Below are positions 6,482 to 16,433 of a DNA stretch of 16,433 bases, piece after piece. Under the pieces are notes generated by a model. The model was not told the DNA's origin. It saw only the letters and a list, made by a program, of their open reading frames with translations, and did no database searches. The stretch spans positions 1 through 16,433 of the forward strand of contig JBBISH010000133.1 of assembly GCA_037441385.1 (NCBI GenBank). Direction: 5' to 3'. Both the position numbers and the translations under genes were made by a program. Numbering within the stretch: position 1 is the stretch's first letter; each line of letters starts with the position of its first letter. Origin of the DNA: Myxococcales bacterium. GTDB taxonomy: Bacteria > Myxococcota_A > UBA9042.

Positions 6482-8669
6482 ACAGGTCGCCCTGGCCCGT
6501 GGACGAGCGGAACACCTTGCCGGCGTTCTTGCACTCTTGGCGGGCCGCAAACTCGAAGTGCTCAAAGCGGATCATGTCGCCCGCGGCCGAGGCGTGGTAG
6601 GCGCCGCGCAACACCGCGTTCTTGATGTTGCCGCCCGCCAGCTCGAAGCGCCGCCCCAGCTCGGCCCAGTCCATGGCCGGATCGACCGGGCAGGTCTTGG
6701 GCACCAGCGTCTTCCAGATCCGGGCGCGGAACTCGGCCTCTGGAAAGGGGAAGTGGATCTTGAAGCCGATGCGGCGCTGGAAGGCCTTGTCGATGTTCTT
6801 TTCCAGGTTGGTGGTCAAGATCACGATGCCTTCAAAGTTTTCGATCTCTTGCAGCAGCATGTTGGTGGCCATGTTGCTGTAGCGGTCCACGCTGGAGTCG
6901 ACCTTGGTGCGGCTGGCGAACAGCGAATCCGCTTCGTCGAACAGCAGGATGCCGTGCGAGGCCTTGGCCGTCTCGAAGATCTTCTCGATGTTCTTTTCGG
7001 TCTCGCCGATCCACTTGCTGACCACGCGCGGGATGGCGATCTGGAACAGCTGCTGGTCCATCTCGTTGGCCAAGATGGTGGCGCACAGCGTCTTGCCCAC
7101 GCCGGGGTCGCCCGAGAACAGCGCCACGATGCCCTTGCCGGTGGACATTTTCTGGTTGAAGCCCCAGTTGTGCAGCACGTTGGCGCGCTGCTTGGCTGCG
7201 GTGAACATCTCTTCGATGTCCTCGCGCGTCTCTTGCGGCACGATCAGGTCGGCCAGCGTCTGAGTCACCTTCTTGTGGACGGCGTACTCGTCCAAGCTTG
7301 CGCGGATCTGCTCGTAGCAGGCCTTGCGCAACAGCTCGCCTGTGATGGTCGGCTCGGCCGGGTTGCCGGCGTAGGCGCGGTTGATGGCCACCTGCATGGC
7401 ATTGCGGATCAGCGCGCCGGGGAACGTGAATTGGCCCGACAGCGCACCGATGTCCAAGTCCGCACCGAATTTCACCTCGTCGGGCAGGTGCAGCTCGAAG
7501 ATGCGCCGGCGCTCCAGCGGACCCGGCGTCTCCAAGATCAGCCGCTGCACCACGAACCGGTCCAAGTTCATGTCCAGCGCCGAGCTGTCGCGCGAGGTGA
7601 TCATCGTCAAGCCCGGGTGACCGGCCAGCGTGTCTTGCACCACATCGACCTTGCTGGAACCCTTGGCCAACAGCCCGTCGACGCCGTCGAGCACCAGCAC
7701 CGCGTCGATCAGGCGCGCCTGGTCCAGCGCCGAGTACAGGGCGCGCTGCAGGTCCACGTCGGCCAGATCCTGGACGCGGGTGGCATCCACGTTCAGGATC
7801 GACTTGCCCAGACGCGAGGCAAGGCCATGCACCAGCATGGTTTTGCCGGTACCCGGCGGGCCCGAGATCTCGACCACCAGGCCCGGCGGCAAGGCAAACG
7901 GCGACCCCGGCCGCTGGGCGCGCTGCTGGCGCTCTTGCCACGCTTCCAGCAGGGTCAGCATCGGCTCTAGGTCGCCGGGTGGCAGGATCACGTCGCTGAG
8001 CTGCACCGTGGGCCGGATGAATTCGGCGACGCCAGTCATGGTCACATCGAGCAACCCCTGGTCACCCAACAGCAATTGCAGCGCTCGCGGCGCCGGCACC
8101 ACCTCGTAACCCAGCAGGTTGTCGCCGCCCGCGTCGCGCCGCTCCAGCTGCACCAACCGCGCCCGCCGCAGCGGCGCCTCGCCCACAAAATGGTTGCGCA
8201 GCGCCAGACGCTCGACCGGATCCGTGCGCAAAAACTCCACGCAGAAGCGCACATCCACGTAGTTGGCCAGCAGGTTGTCGTTGAAGCGGGCGATCGCGTC
8301 GCGGATCTCGACGTCGACGTGCGGGGCCACGGCCAGCAGCAGCACCTGCCGGTCATCCGCGCCCAGCTGGCCTTGTTTCGCCAGCAGCTCGATTGGGAGC
8401 ACCAGCCCAGCCTGCTCGGCAAGCTGGCGCGCCGCCTCGACTTTACGCTCGGCGGCCTGCACTTCGACTTGGGTGGGCTCTACCGACATCGTCGCTTCGT
8501 CATCGGTCAGGCCGGCCGCCTTGGCCTGGCGGATCTGGGTCGACATGACGATCTGCTGGCGCACGTGGGCGCAGGCCGCCGCCAGCCAGCCCAGGCACAG
8601 GCGCGTGCGCACCTCGGGGTCGACGAGCTGCGGTTCCAGAGTTTTCTGCAGACTTTTGAGCTTAGCCAT
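6477..8669 (-). CDS. Double-AAA+ ATPase (SpoVK/Ycf46/Vps4-type, Afp15/Pvc15-like), 730 aa
   Basis: RBS AAGGA precedes ATG 8669 (MAKLKSL). First module has Walker A GPPGTGKT and degenerate Walker B VLVLDGVD. Second module has GDPGVGKT, pore loop VVSKWIGETEKN, ILLFDEADSLF, DRYSN, ILTTN and DKAFQRRI. Confidence 0.92.
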   Translation of the reverse strand: MAKLKSLQKTLEPQLVDPEVRTRLCLGWLAAACAHVRQQIVMSTQIRQAKAAGLTDDEATMSVEPTQVEVQAAERKVEAARQLAEQAGLVLPIELLAKQGQLGADDRQVLLLAVAPHVDVEIRDAIARFNDNLLANYVDVRFCVEFLRTDPVERLALRNHFVGEAPLRRARLVQLERRDAGGDNLLGYEVVPAPRALQLLLGDQGLLDVTMTGVAEFIRPTVQLSDVILPPGDLEPMLTLLEAWQERQQRAQRPGSPFALPPGLVVEISGPPGTGKTMLVHGLASRLGKSILNVDATRVQDLADVDLQRALYSALDQARLIDAVLVLDGVDGLLAKGSSKVDVVQDTLAGHPGLTMITSRDSSALDMNLDRFVVQRLILETPGPLERRRIFELHLPDEVKFGADLDIGALSGQFTFPGALIRNAMQVAINRAYAGNPAEPTITGELLRKACYEQIRASLDEYAVHKKVTQTLADLIVPQETREDIEEMFTAAKQRANVLHNWGFNQKMSTGKGIVALFSGDPGVGKTLCATILANEMDQQLFQIAIPRVVSKWIGETEKNIEKIFETAKASHGILLFDEADSLFASRTKVDSSVDRYSNMATNMLLQEIENFEGIVILTTNLEKNIDKAFQRRIGFKIHFPFPEAEFRARIWKTLVPKTCPVDPAMDWAELGRRFELAGGNIKNAVLRGAYHASAAGDMIRFEHFEFAARQECKNAGKVFRSSTGQGDLF

Positions 8670-8691
8670 CGGTGTCCTTCCTAACCCGGCC

Positions 8692-8700
8692 ACCATAGCA
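8692..8700 (-). promoter_or_regulatory. Possible extended -10 element (TGCTATGGT) for the ATPase-lipoprotein operon
   Basis: TG-N-TATGGT on the - strand just upstream of the RBS. No good -35 element. Confidence 0.25.
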
Positions 8701-8854
8701 CGGAGGGACATTCGCTAAAACGAATTGGCCACTGGATTTTGCGCTTGACTTCTGTGGCCCTTCGTCGCAAGTAGCGCGCCAGATGGGGCGGTCCGTCGGC
8801 GGCTGGGGCCCGAACGGCCACATTGATCAACCCGGCAAGAACACAAAGGAAGGC

Positions 8855-10540
<1,686 letters not shown>

Positions 10541-10542
10541 GC

Positions 10543-11988
10543 GTGGAGAGCCGCCTCGCGCCCCACGCCCACGCCGTCGCCAACGAAAAAGGCTTGCGCG
10601 CAGGCACGCTTGGCCTTCTGTCCGGCGTGGTGATCGGCGTCTCGTCCACCGCGCCGGGCTACAGCCTGGCCTCGGCCCTGGGCGGCATCACCGCGGTGGC
10701 GGGCATGGGCACGGCCGCGCCGTCGGTGATTCTGTTGGCATTTTTGCCGATGCTGTTCACCGCCGCGGCCTACTACTACCTCAACCGCGCCGAACCCGAC
10801 TGCGGCACCACTTTTGCCTGGGGCACCAAGGCTTGGGGGCCCTGGGTCGGCTGGCTGGGCGGCTGGGGCATCGTGGTCGCCAACATCATCGTCATGGGCA
10901 ATTTGGCACAGATCTCGGGGCAGTACACCTACATGCTGTTTGACCAAACGCCCACGCCCGGCGGGGTGGTGGCGGTGGGCGTGGCCTGGATCGTGCTGAT
11001 GACCTGGGTCTGCTACATCGGCATCGAGGTGTCGGCGGTGGTGCAGTACGGGCTGCTGATCGCCGAGATCCTTACGCTTTTCTTGTTCTCGGCGGTGGCA
11101 CTGTTCCGCGCCGGTACCGAGCACCCGGTGGGAGCGATCCAGCCGAGCCTGCACTGGTTCAACCCGCTGGCGATCCACGATTTCTCTACGCTGGCGCAGG
11201 GTTTGATCGTCGCCATCTTCATCTACTGGGGCTGGGACGCCACGGTCACGGTCAACGAGGAGTCGGCGGACTCGCGCCACGGCCCCGGCAAGGCGGCGCT
11301 GTGGAGTACCGTGATCTTGCTGGCGATCTACGTGGTGGTGGCGGTGGCGGCCCAGGCTTACCACGGCGTGGAGTTCTTGGCGAACCCCGAACACCAGGCC
11401 GACGTGCTGGGCGCGCTGGCCAAGGACGTGCTGGGCTCGCCGTGGGACAAGCTGCTCATCGTCGCGGTGCTCACTTCGGCGGCGGCGTGCACCCAGACGG
11501 CGATCCTGCCGGCCACGCGCACCGCCCTGTCGATGGCCACCAAGGGCGCGATCCCCAAGTACTTTGCCCGTACGCACCCCAGCTATTTCACGCCCACCAC
11601 CTCTACGGTGTGGATGGGCGCGATTTGCGTCGCCTGGTATGTGGGTCTGACCTATTTTACCCCGAATATCCTTGCGGATTCGGTGGCCGGGCTGGGCCTG
11701 GCGATCGCCTTCTACTACGGCCTGACCGCGCTGATGTGCCCGTGGTACTACCGCCGCCACGTCCTGCGCAGCCCGCGCAACACCCTGTTGATGCTGGTGG
11801 CGCCCGTGCTGGGCGGGCTGGTGCTGGTGTGGGCGATGGCGTTCTCGCTGCTGACCCTGCCCGATGGGCCCCGGGGGATCTTCTTTGGTCTGATGGGCTT
11901 TGGCATCGTGCTGATGTTCGTGCAGTACGCGGTCCACCGCGAGTTCTTTGGCCGGCGTGCCGAGCTGGCCCCCGACGATCTTCCCTAG
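10543..11988 (+). CDS. APC-superfamily amino acid/polyamine permease, ~481 aa
   Basis: About 12 hydrophobic segments. TM1 [21 protein letters not shown] and TM6 [17 protein letters not shown]. Start is GTG 10543, or TTG 10537 overlapping the ettA stop. Confidence 0.92.
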   Translation: MESRLAPHAHAVANEKGLRAGTLGLLSGVVIGVSSTAPGYSLASALGGITAVAGMGTAAPSVILLAFLPMLFTAAAYYYLNRAEPDCGTTFAWGTKAWGPWVGWLGGWGIVVANIIVMGNLAQISGQYTYMLFDQTPTPGGVVAVGVAWIVLMTWVCYIGIEVSAVVQYGLLIAEILTLFLFSAVALFRAGTEHPVGAIQPSLHWFNPLAIHDFSTLAQGLIVAIFIYWGWDATVTVNEESADSRHGPGKAALWSTVILLAIYVVVAVAAQAYHGVEFLANPEHQADVLGALAKDVLGSPWDKLLIVAVLTSAAACTQTAILPATRTALSMATKGAIPKYFARTHPSYFTPTTSTVWMGAICVAWYVGLTYFTPNILADSVAGLGLAIAFYYGLTALMCPWYYRRHVLRSPRNTLLMLVAPVLGGLVLVWAMAFSLLTLPDGPRGIFFGLMGFGIVLMFVQYAVHREFFGRRAELAPDDLP

Positions 11989-12006
11989 CTTTTGGAGCGA
12001 GGTCCC

Positions 12007-13974
12007 ATGCGCAAGCCGGTCAGCCGTGTTCTGGTCATCAACGATGAGTCGCTGGTCCTCCGCGAATTCGTCAAGGGTCTCAACGCCGCCGCTCGCGCGC
12101 TGGACAACCCGCTGGGCATCACCTTTGCGGGCGTGACCACCGCCGCCGCCGCGCTGGAGGCCATCGAACAAGACGGCGACATCCAGGCGGTGATTTGCGA
12201 CGCCAAGCTGTATGTCCTGGACGGCAAAGAGAAACGCCTGCAGATGACCGCCCTGGAGCTGGTGCAGCGCATCACCGGCTTTCGCCCGCAGCTGGACATC
12301 TATGTGCTGATTCCGCAAGAGAGCGAAGAAGAGATCGTTGACACGCTGTTCAGCGAAGCGGTGGACGGCTACTTCTACCGCGAGGAACGCGACTACCGCG
12401 GCATGTACCGCATCCTGAACGCGCAGATCCAAGAGCGCTCGCAGACGCCGTTCTTTGACCAACTGCAAAAATACGTGTGGCTGGCCAAGGATAGTTGGCA
12501 TACGCCGGGGCACAGCTCGGGCGAGTCGCTGCGCGGCAGCCCGTGGATCAACGACTTCTACGAGTTCATGGGCGAGCACATCTTTGACGCGGACCTGAGC
12601 GTGTCGGTGCCGATGCTCGACTCGCTGATGGACCCGCGCGGCGTCATCGCCGAGGCGCAGGCGGTGGCGGCCAACGCCTTTGGTGCGCGCCGCACCTTCT
12701 TTGCCACCAACGGCACCTCGACTGCCAACAAGGTGATTTTCCAGACGCTGCTCGCGCCCGGCGAAAAGCTGCTGCTGGACCGCAATTGCCACAAAAGCGT
12801 CCACCACGGTGTGGTGCTGTCGGGCGCGCATCCGATCTACTTGAATTCAACGGTGAATCGTCAGTACGGTCTGTACGGGCCGGTGAGCAAGAAGACCATC
12901 TTCGAGGCGATCGATCGCCACCCCGACGCTCAGGCGCTGATTCTGACCTCGTGCACCTACGACGGCTTGCGCTATGACCTGAAACCGATCGTCGACCGCT
13001 GCCACGCCGCCAAGATCCGCGTGATCATCGACGAGGCTTGGTACGGGTTTGCCCGCTTCCACCCGGCCTTCCGGCCCACGGCGCTGGAGTCGGGCGCAGA
13101 CTATGCCACCCAGTCGACGCACAAGGTGATGAGCGCGTTTTCGCAGTCGAGCATGATCCACGTGAACGACCCGCAGTTCAACGAGCATTTGTTCCGCGAA
13201 AACTACAACATGCACACGTCCACGTCGCCGCAGTACGCGATGATCGCCAGCCTGGACGTGGCCCGCAAGCAGATGCAGATGGAAGGGTACAAGCTGCTGT
13301 CGCGGACGCTGTCGCTGGCCAACGAGCTGCGCACCCACATCAATTCCACCGGCGTGTTCCGCGTCTTGGAGCTGGACGACCTGCTGCCCGAGGCGGTCAA
13401 AGGCGACGGCATCTTGCTGGACCCCACCAAGGTGACGGTCGACATCAGCAAATGCGGCTACACCGTGGAGGAATTGCAGCACGAGCTGTTTACGCGCTTC
13501 AACATCCAGGTCGAGAAGTCGACGTTCAACACCTTGACGCTGCTGCTGACCATCGGCACCACCCGCAGCAAGGTATCGCGGTTGTACGACGCCCTGATGC
13601 GCATCGCCCGCGAGGGGCGCGTGGCGCGGCGACTGTTCCAAGCGCCCGAGATTCCTGAGTTTACCAGCCTGGATTTCTTGCCGCGCGACGCCTACTACTG
13701 CGCGGGCGAGATGACGCCGCTGCTGGACGAGAAGGAGAACCCCAACCCCGCGCTGATTGACCGGGTGAGCGCCGACCAGATTACCCCGTACCCGCCCGGC
13801 ATTCCGGTGCTGGTGCCGGGCCAGCGCATCACCGCCGCCGTGCTCGATTTCTTGGTGGGCGTGCTGCGGACGCAAAAGCGTATGGAGCTGCACGGCGTCC
13901 AGTTCGACGGCTACATCCCATGCGTGCGCGTGCTGACGGCGACGGAAGAGTCGGCACTGCGCCGGTTGGCCTAG
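12007..13974 (+). CDS. Orn/Lys/Arg decarboxylase (PLP fold type I) with N-terminal receiver-like wing domain, 655 aa
   Basis: GGAG/GAGG upstream of ATG 12007. Motifs WHTPGH, FFATNGTSTANK, DRNCHKSVHH, IIDEAWY, PLP-lysine TQSTHK, HTSTSPQY, LDPTKVT and PYPPGIPVLVPG. Substrate cannot be assigned by eye. Confidence 0.95.
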   Translation: MRKPVSRVLVINDESLVLREFVKGLNAAARALDNPLGITFAGVTTAAAALEAIEQDGDIQAVICDAKLYVLDGKEKRLQMTALELVQRITGFRPQLDIYVLIPQESEEEIVDTLFSEAVDGYFYREERDYRGMYRILNAQIQERSQTPFFDQLQKYVWLAKDSWHTPGHSSGESLRGSPWINDFYEFMGEHIFDADLSVSVPMLDSLMDPRGVIAEAQAVAANAFGARRTFFATNGTSTANKVIFQTLLAPGEKLLLDRNCHKSVHHGVVLSGAHPIYLNSTVNRQYGLYGPVSKKTIFEAIDRHPDAQALILTSCTYDGLRYDLKPIVDRCHAAKIRVIIDEAWYGFARFHPAFRPTALESGADYATQSTHKVMSAFSQSSMIHVNDPQFNEHLFRENYNMHTSTSPQYAMIASLDVARKQMQMEGYKLLSRTLSLANELRTHINSTGVFRVLELDDLLPEAVKGDGILLDPTKVTVDISKCGYTVEELQHELFTRFNIQVEKSTFNTLTLLLTIGTTRSKVSRLYDALMRIAREGRVARRLFQAPEIPEFTSLDFLPRDAYYCAGEMTPLLDEKENPNPALIDRVSADQITPYPPGIPVLVPGQRITAAVLDFLVGVLRTQKRMELHGVQFDGYIPCVRVLTATEESALRRLA

Positions 13975-13994
13975 CGTTCTGGCGGGGCCATCGC

Positions 13995-14023
13995 TTGACC
14001 CTGGGCGGCCGCCTCCCTAGTCT
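13995..14023 (+). promoter_or_regulatory. Putative sigma70-type promoter TTGACC-N17-TAGTCT
   Basis: -35 at 13995-14000 and -10 at 14018-14023 with a 17-nt spacer, in the gap after the decarboxylase stop. Confidence 0.55.
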
Positions 14024-14048
14024 GAAACGACCGGCGACACTTGGTCCC

Positions 14049-16295
14049 GTGGAGCGACCCTTGCCGCAGTGCGACCTGAAGCGATGGGCTCCGGTCCTCC
14101 GCCACGCCTTGGCCGCGCCCTGGCGCCGGCTCGATGGACGTTGGCTGTTCGCTTGGACTTGCGCGGCCTTGGCGTTGGCGGCGACGGCTTGCGGCTCAAC
14201 GGCTCCCGGCGCGGACAGCCCCGACGCAGGGCACGACGCAGTGCAAGACGCAGGGCACGACGCAGGGCAAGACGCAGGGCAAGACGCAGGGCACGACGCA
14301 GCGACCCCGGCCGATGCGAGCGAAGTGGACGCGGAGTCCGGCGACGTTCAGGCTGCAAGCACAGACAGCGACTGTTCTTGCCTTGCCGATGCGGCGACGG
14401 TGGGTGACGCGAGCCCAGACGCTGCGCTGGCCGATGGAGATGCGGCGGCCCCCGACGTCGCCCCGGCAGCGGACGCAAGTGGCGATGGCGACTTGGCTGC
14501 TGTGGACAGCGCGCCTACGGACGTGGTCGATGCCGGTGATAGCGCGGTTTTGCCCCCCGGCTGGCCCGGCGTATGCCCGCCGACCCCGGCCGAACTGGCG
14601 ACCGCCGCGACCGCCGCGGGCTACCTGCCGCCCAACCTGGACTGTGCGCTGCCGGGCTGGCAGTCCCCGCCCAAGACGGCGGCGCCGACCTGGAGCGACG
14701 TGACCGCCGAGCATGGCCTGGCCAAGTTGGGCACCGTGGATCCGTGCATGTTGTGGAACGATTTTACGGGCGATGGCGTCGTTGACCTATTGGTCATCGA
14801 GCAGCCGGCGGGGCCGGGCTCGAAGCGCTATGCCCGCGTCTACGCCAACTCGGGCCCAGGTCCGTGGACCAGCAGCAAGACGGAACTGCCCGCCAGTGCC
14901 TGGGTCCCCGACTGCGCGCCGATCGACTGGGAGGGCGATGGCGACCTGGACGTGGTACTCGCGACGACCAGCGGAGTGCGCGTGCTGTTGTCCACCACCA
15001 TGGGCCTGGTCGACGGCGGTCTGGCGGGACTGCCGCCCGTGGCCAAGTCGGCGATGGCGTGGTCGGTGATTCCCTTTGATTTCGATCACGACGGCGACCA
15101 CGACCTGTACGTGGCGCGCACCGGCCAGATGAACCTGCAACCCGGCAACTACCAATGTCATCCGGCCGACGGGGCCCACCTGCAGTGTTGCTACGGCGGC
15201 GCGCCCGTGGCGGACCAGTGCCTGCTGGACAAGGCGGCGACGCCCATCGAGACCTGGACCTGCTGCGCGCCCTTTGACCTGCAGGCGACCAACCTGCTGC
15301 TCCGCAACGACGGCGGCAATTTCGTAGACATCAGCGCCGGTTCCAACACCGACGATCCGGGTGCCAGCCTTGCCTCGGTGCCGGGCGATTACGACCGCGA
15401 CGGCTGGACCGACCTGTTCGTGGGCAACGATTTTGGTCCGATGCACTGGTTCCGCGGCACCGGCAGCGGGGTGTTCCAGCCCCACGCCGCCGACATCGGC
15501 CTGCGCCCCTACGGCCACTTGATGGGCGCCGGGACGGGCGATTTTGACGGCAATGGGCACCTGGACCTGGCGACCGGCGACGTGGGGCCGGTGAGCCTGT
15601 ATCTGGGCCAGGCCGGCGGCACGCTGGTCGACCAGGCGACGGGCATGGGCACCCTGGCGGCGACCGCCGAGATGGTGACCTGGGCGCAACTGGTGGCCGA
15701 TTTGGACAACGATGGCTGGGTGGACCTGCTGGCCCAGTCCGCGCTGGTGGCCAAGCCGGGGCAGCTGCTGCCGGCGATGTCCGAGTGGCAGCCTGCCCCC
15801 TACGTCGCCGAGGGGCACCACGTGCTTTTCCACAACATTGGCGGCAAGTTCCAGGCCGTGCCCGTGCCGTGGCTGCCGACCCAAGACACCTCGATTGCCC
15901 CGCTCAGCGCCGCCAGCGCGGACATCGACGGCGACGGCGACCTGGACGTGGTGGACTTGAGCCCGCCCGGCAACTTGCGTCTGCAGCGCAACGATTCGGC
16001 GGCGAGCCACTGGCTGGCCTTTGACCTGCAGCCAGGTGCGGGCGCGGCGGGCGCCTTGGGTGCCAAGGTCCAGGTGTGGGCCGGTGGCCACGTGCAAGAG
16101 CAAGAACTGCAGCTGGCGGCGGGGACACTGGCGCATCGCGAGCCGGGCGTGCACTTTGGCCTGGGCAGCGTGACCAAGTTGGACCACGTGGTGGTCTGGT
16201 GGCCGTCCGGCTGTGTACAGCGGCTGGACGCAGTGCCGGCGGATCAGGTGTTGGTGCTGGAGCCGGCCAAGGCCAAGTGCCCGGGCAAGCCGTAG
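14049..16295 (+). CDS. FG-GAP/VCBS beta-propeller plus ASPIC/UnbV (CRTAC1-family) probable lipoprotein, ~748 aa
   Basis: Repeated Dx(D/N)xDGxxD motifs (DFTGDGVVDL, DWEGDGDLDV, DFDHDGDHDL, DYDRDGWTDL, DFDGNGHLDL, DLDNDGWVDL, DIDGDGDLDV). C-terminal ALGAKVQV...VHFGLG...VVWWPSG is typical of ASPIC/UnbV. LALAATA-C lipobox-like signal. Start uncertain; GTG 14049 chosen as the first in-frame start after the promoter. Confidence 0.88.
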   Translation: MERPLPQCDLKRWAPVLRHALAAPWRRLDGRWLFAWTCAALALAATACGSTAPGADSPDAGHDAVQDAGHDAGQDAGQDAGHDAATPADASEVDAESGDVQAASTDSDCSCLADAATVGDASPDAALADGDAAAPDVAPAADASGDGDLAAVDSAPTDVVDAGDSAVLPPGWPGVCPPTPAELATAATAAGYLPPNLDCALPGWQSPPKTAAPTWSDVTAEHGLAKLGTVDPCMLWNDFTGDGVVDLLVIEQPAGPGSKRYARVYANSGPGPWTSSKTELPASAWVPDCAPIDWEGDGDLDVVLATTSGVRVLLSTTMGLVDGGLAGLPPVAKSAMAWSVIPFDFDHDGDHDLYVARTGQMNLQPGNYQCHPADGAHLQCCYGGAPVADQCLLDKAATPIETWTCCAPFDLQATNLLLRNDGGNFVDISAGSNTDDPGASLASVPGDYDRDGWTDLFVGNDFGPMHWFRGTGSGVFQPHAADIGLRPYGHLMGAGTGDFDGNGHLDLATGDVGPVSLYLGQAGGTLVDQATGMGTLAATAEMVTWAQLVADLDNDGWVDLLAQSALVAKPGQLLPAMSEWQPAPYVAEGHHVLFHNIGGKFQAVPVPWLPTQDTSIAPLSAASADIDGDGDLDVVDLSPPGNLRLQRNDSAASHWLAFDLQPGAGAAGALGAKVQVWAGGHVQEQELQLAAGTLAHREPGVHFGLGSVTKLDHVVVWWPSGCVQRLDAVPADQVLVLEPAKAKCPGKP
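14223..14301 (+). repeat. 12-bp tandem repeat GACGCAG(G/T)GCA(C/A), six copies plus a partial, encoding DAGH/DAGQ
   Basis: Units at 14223, 14235, 14247, 14259, 14271 and 14283, with a partial at 14295. Confidence 0.9.
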
Positions 16296-16377
16296 CGATC
16301 AACAGACCTGATACCAGTTCCGTCCGAATCGGATCGAAAACTCGGGCAATTCTTCGGGCTCGAACCGGGGTCCCCGC

Positions 16378-16431
16378 CTGATTCTCGCCGGTTGCAGACC
16401 GGGTCAGAGAAGCCGTACAGGCGTGAATCAG
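16378..16431. repeat. Imperfect 15-bp inverted repeat at the window end
   Basis: CTGATTCTCGCCGGT (16378-16392) versus ACAGGCGTGAATCAG (16417-16431): 13 of 15 positions complementary. Confidence 0.55.
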
Positions 16432-16433
16432 AC

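Noticed and set aside
5517..7970. Long antisense ORFs (5517..7970 +, and also 766..2469 -, 8681..10231 -, 10516..12831 -, 14787..16187 -)
   Set aside because: These are shadow frames of well-supported genes, expected from high-GC3 codon usage, and have no recognisable motifs.
8726..8777. Promoter for ettA (TTGACT at 8745-8750; sigma54-like TGGC...TTGC at 8726-8742)
   Set aside because: There is no -10 element at 16-18 nt from TTGACT, and the GG-to-GC spacing is 12 nt rather than the 10 required for sigma54.
14004..14013. Palindrome GGCGGCCGCC in the promoter spacer
   Set aside because: An all-GC 10-mer is likely by chance in this genome; a similar sequence occurs near 3726.
14223..14301. 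Tandem repeats here and at 1126-1215 as CRISPR arrays
   Set aside because: They have no unique spacers, are in-frame coding repeats, and no cas genes are present.

Overview
GC-rich bacterial chromosomal window. Several lipoproteins with Asp-rich stalks and Cys-rich repeats suggest a Myxococcota/deltaproteobacterial origin (inference). Nine CDSs are supported. On the + strand, a secreted-protein cluster comprises the 3' end of a Cys-containing gene, a C39-like cysteine peptidase, a Cys-rich repeat lipoprotein and a translationally coupled 'LTYxG...VPYAL' coiled-coil/fibre-like protein. A ~290-bp MITE/REP-like element with nested inverted repeats follows. On the - strand are a double-AAA ATPase (Afp15/Pvc15-like) and a lipoprotein with a ~260-aa Pro-free charged helix. 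Back on the + strand are ettA, an APC amino-acid permease, an Orn/Lys/Arg decarboxylase and an FG-GAP/ASPIC-UnbV lipoprotein. The best candidate for an undescribed system is the 1-3620 cluster (peptidase, lipoprotein anchor and variable-tip fibre). Most other long ORFs in the track are GC-rich shadow frames. No rRNA, tRNA, CRISPR array or transposase was seen.
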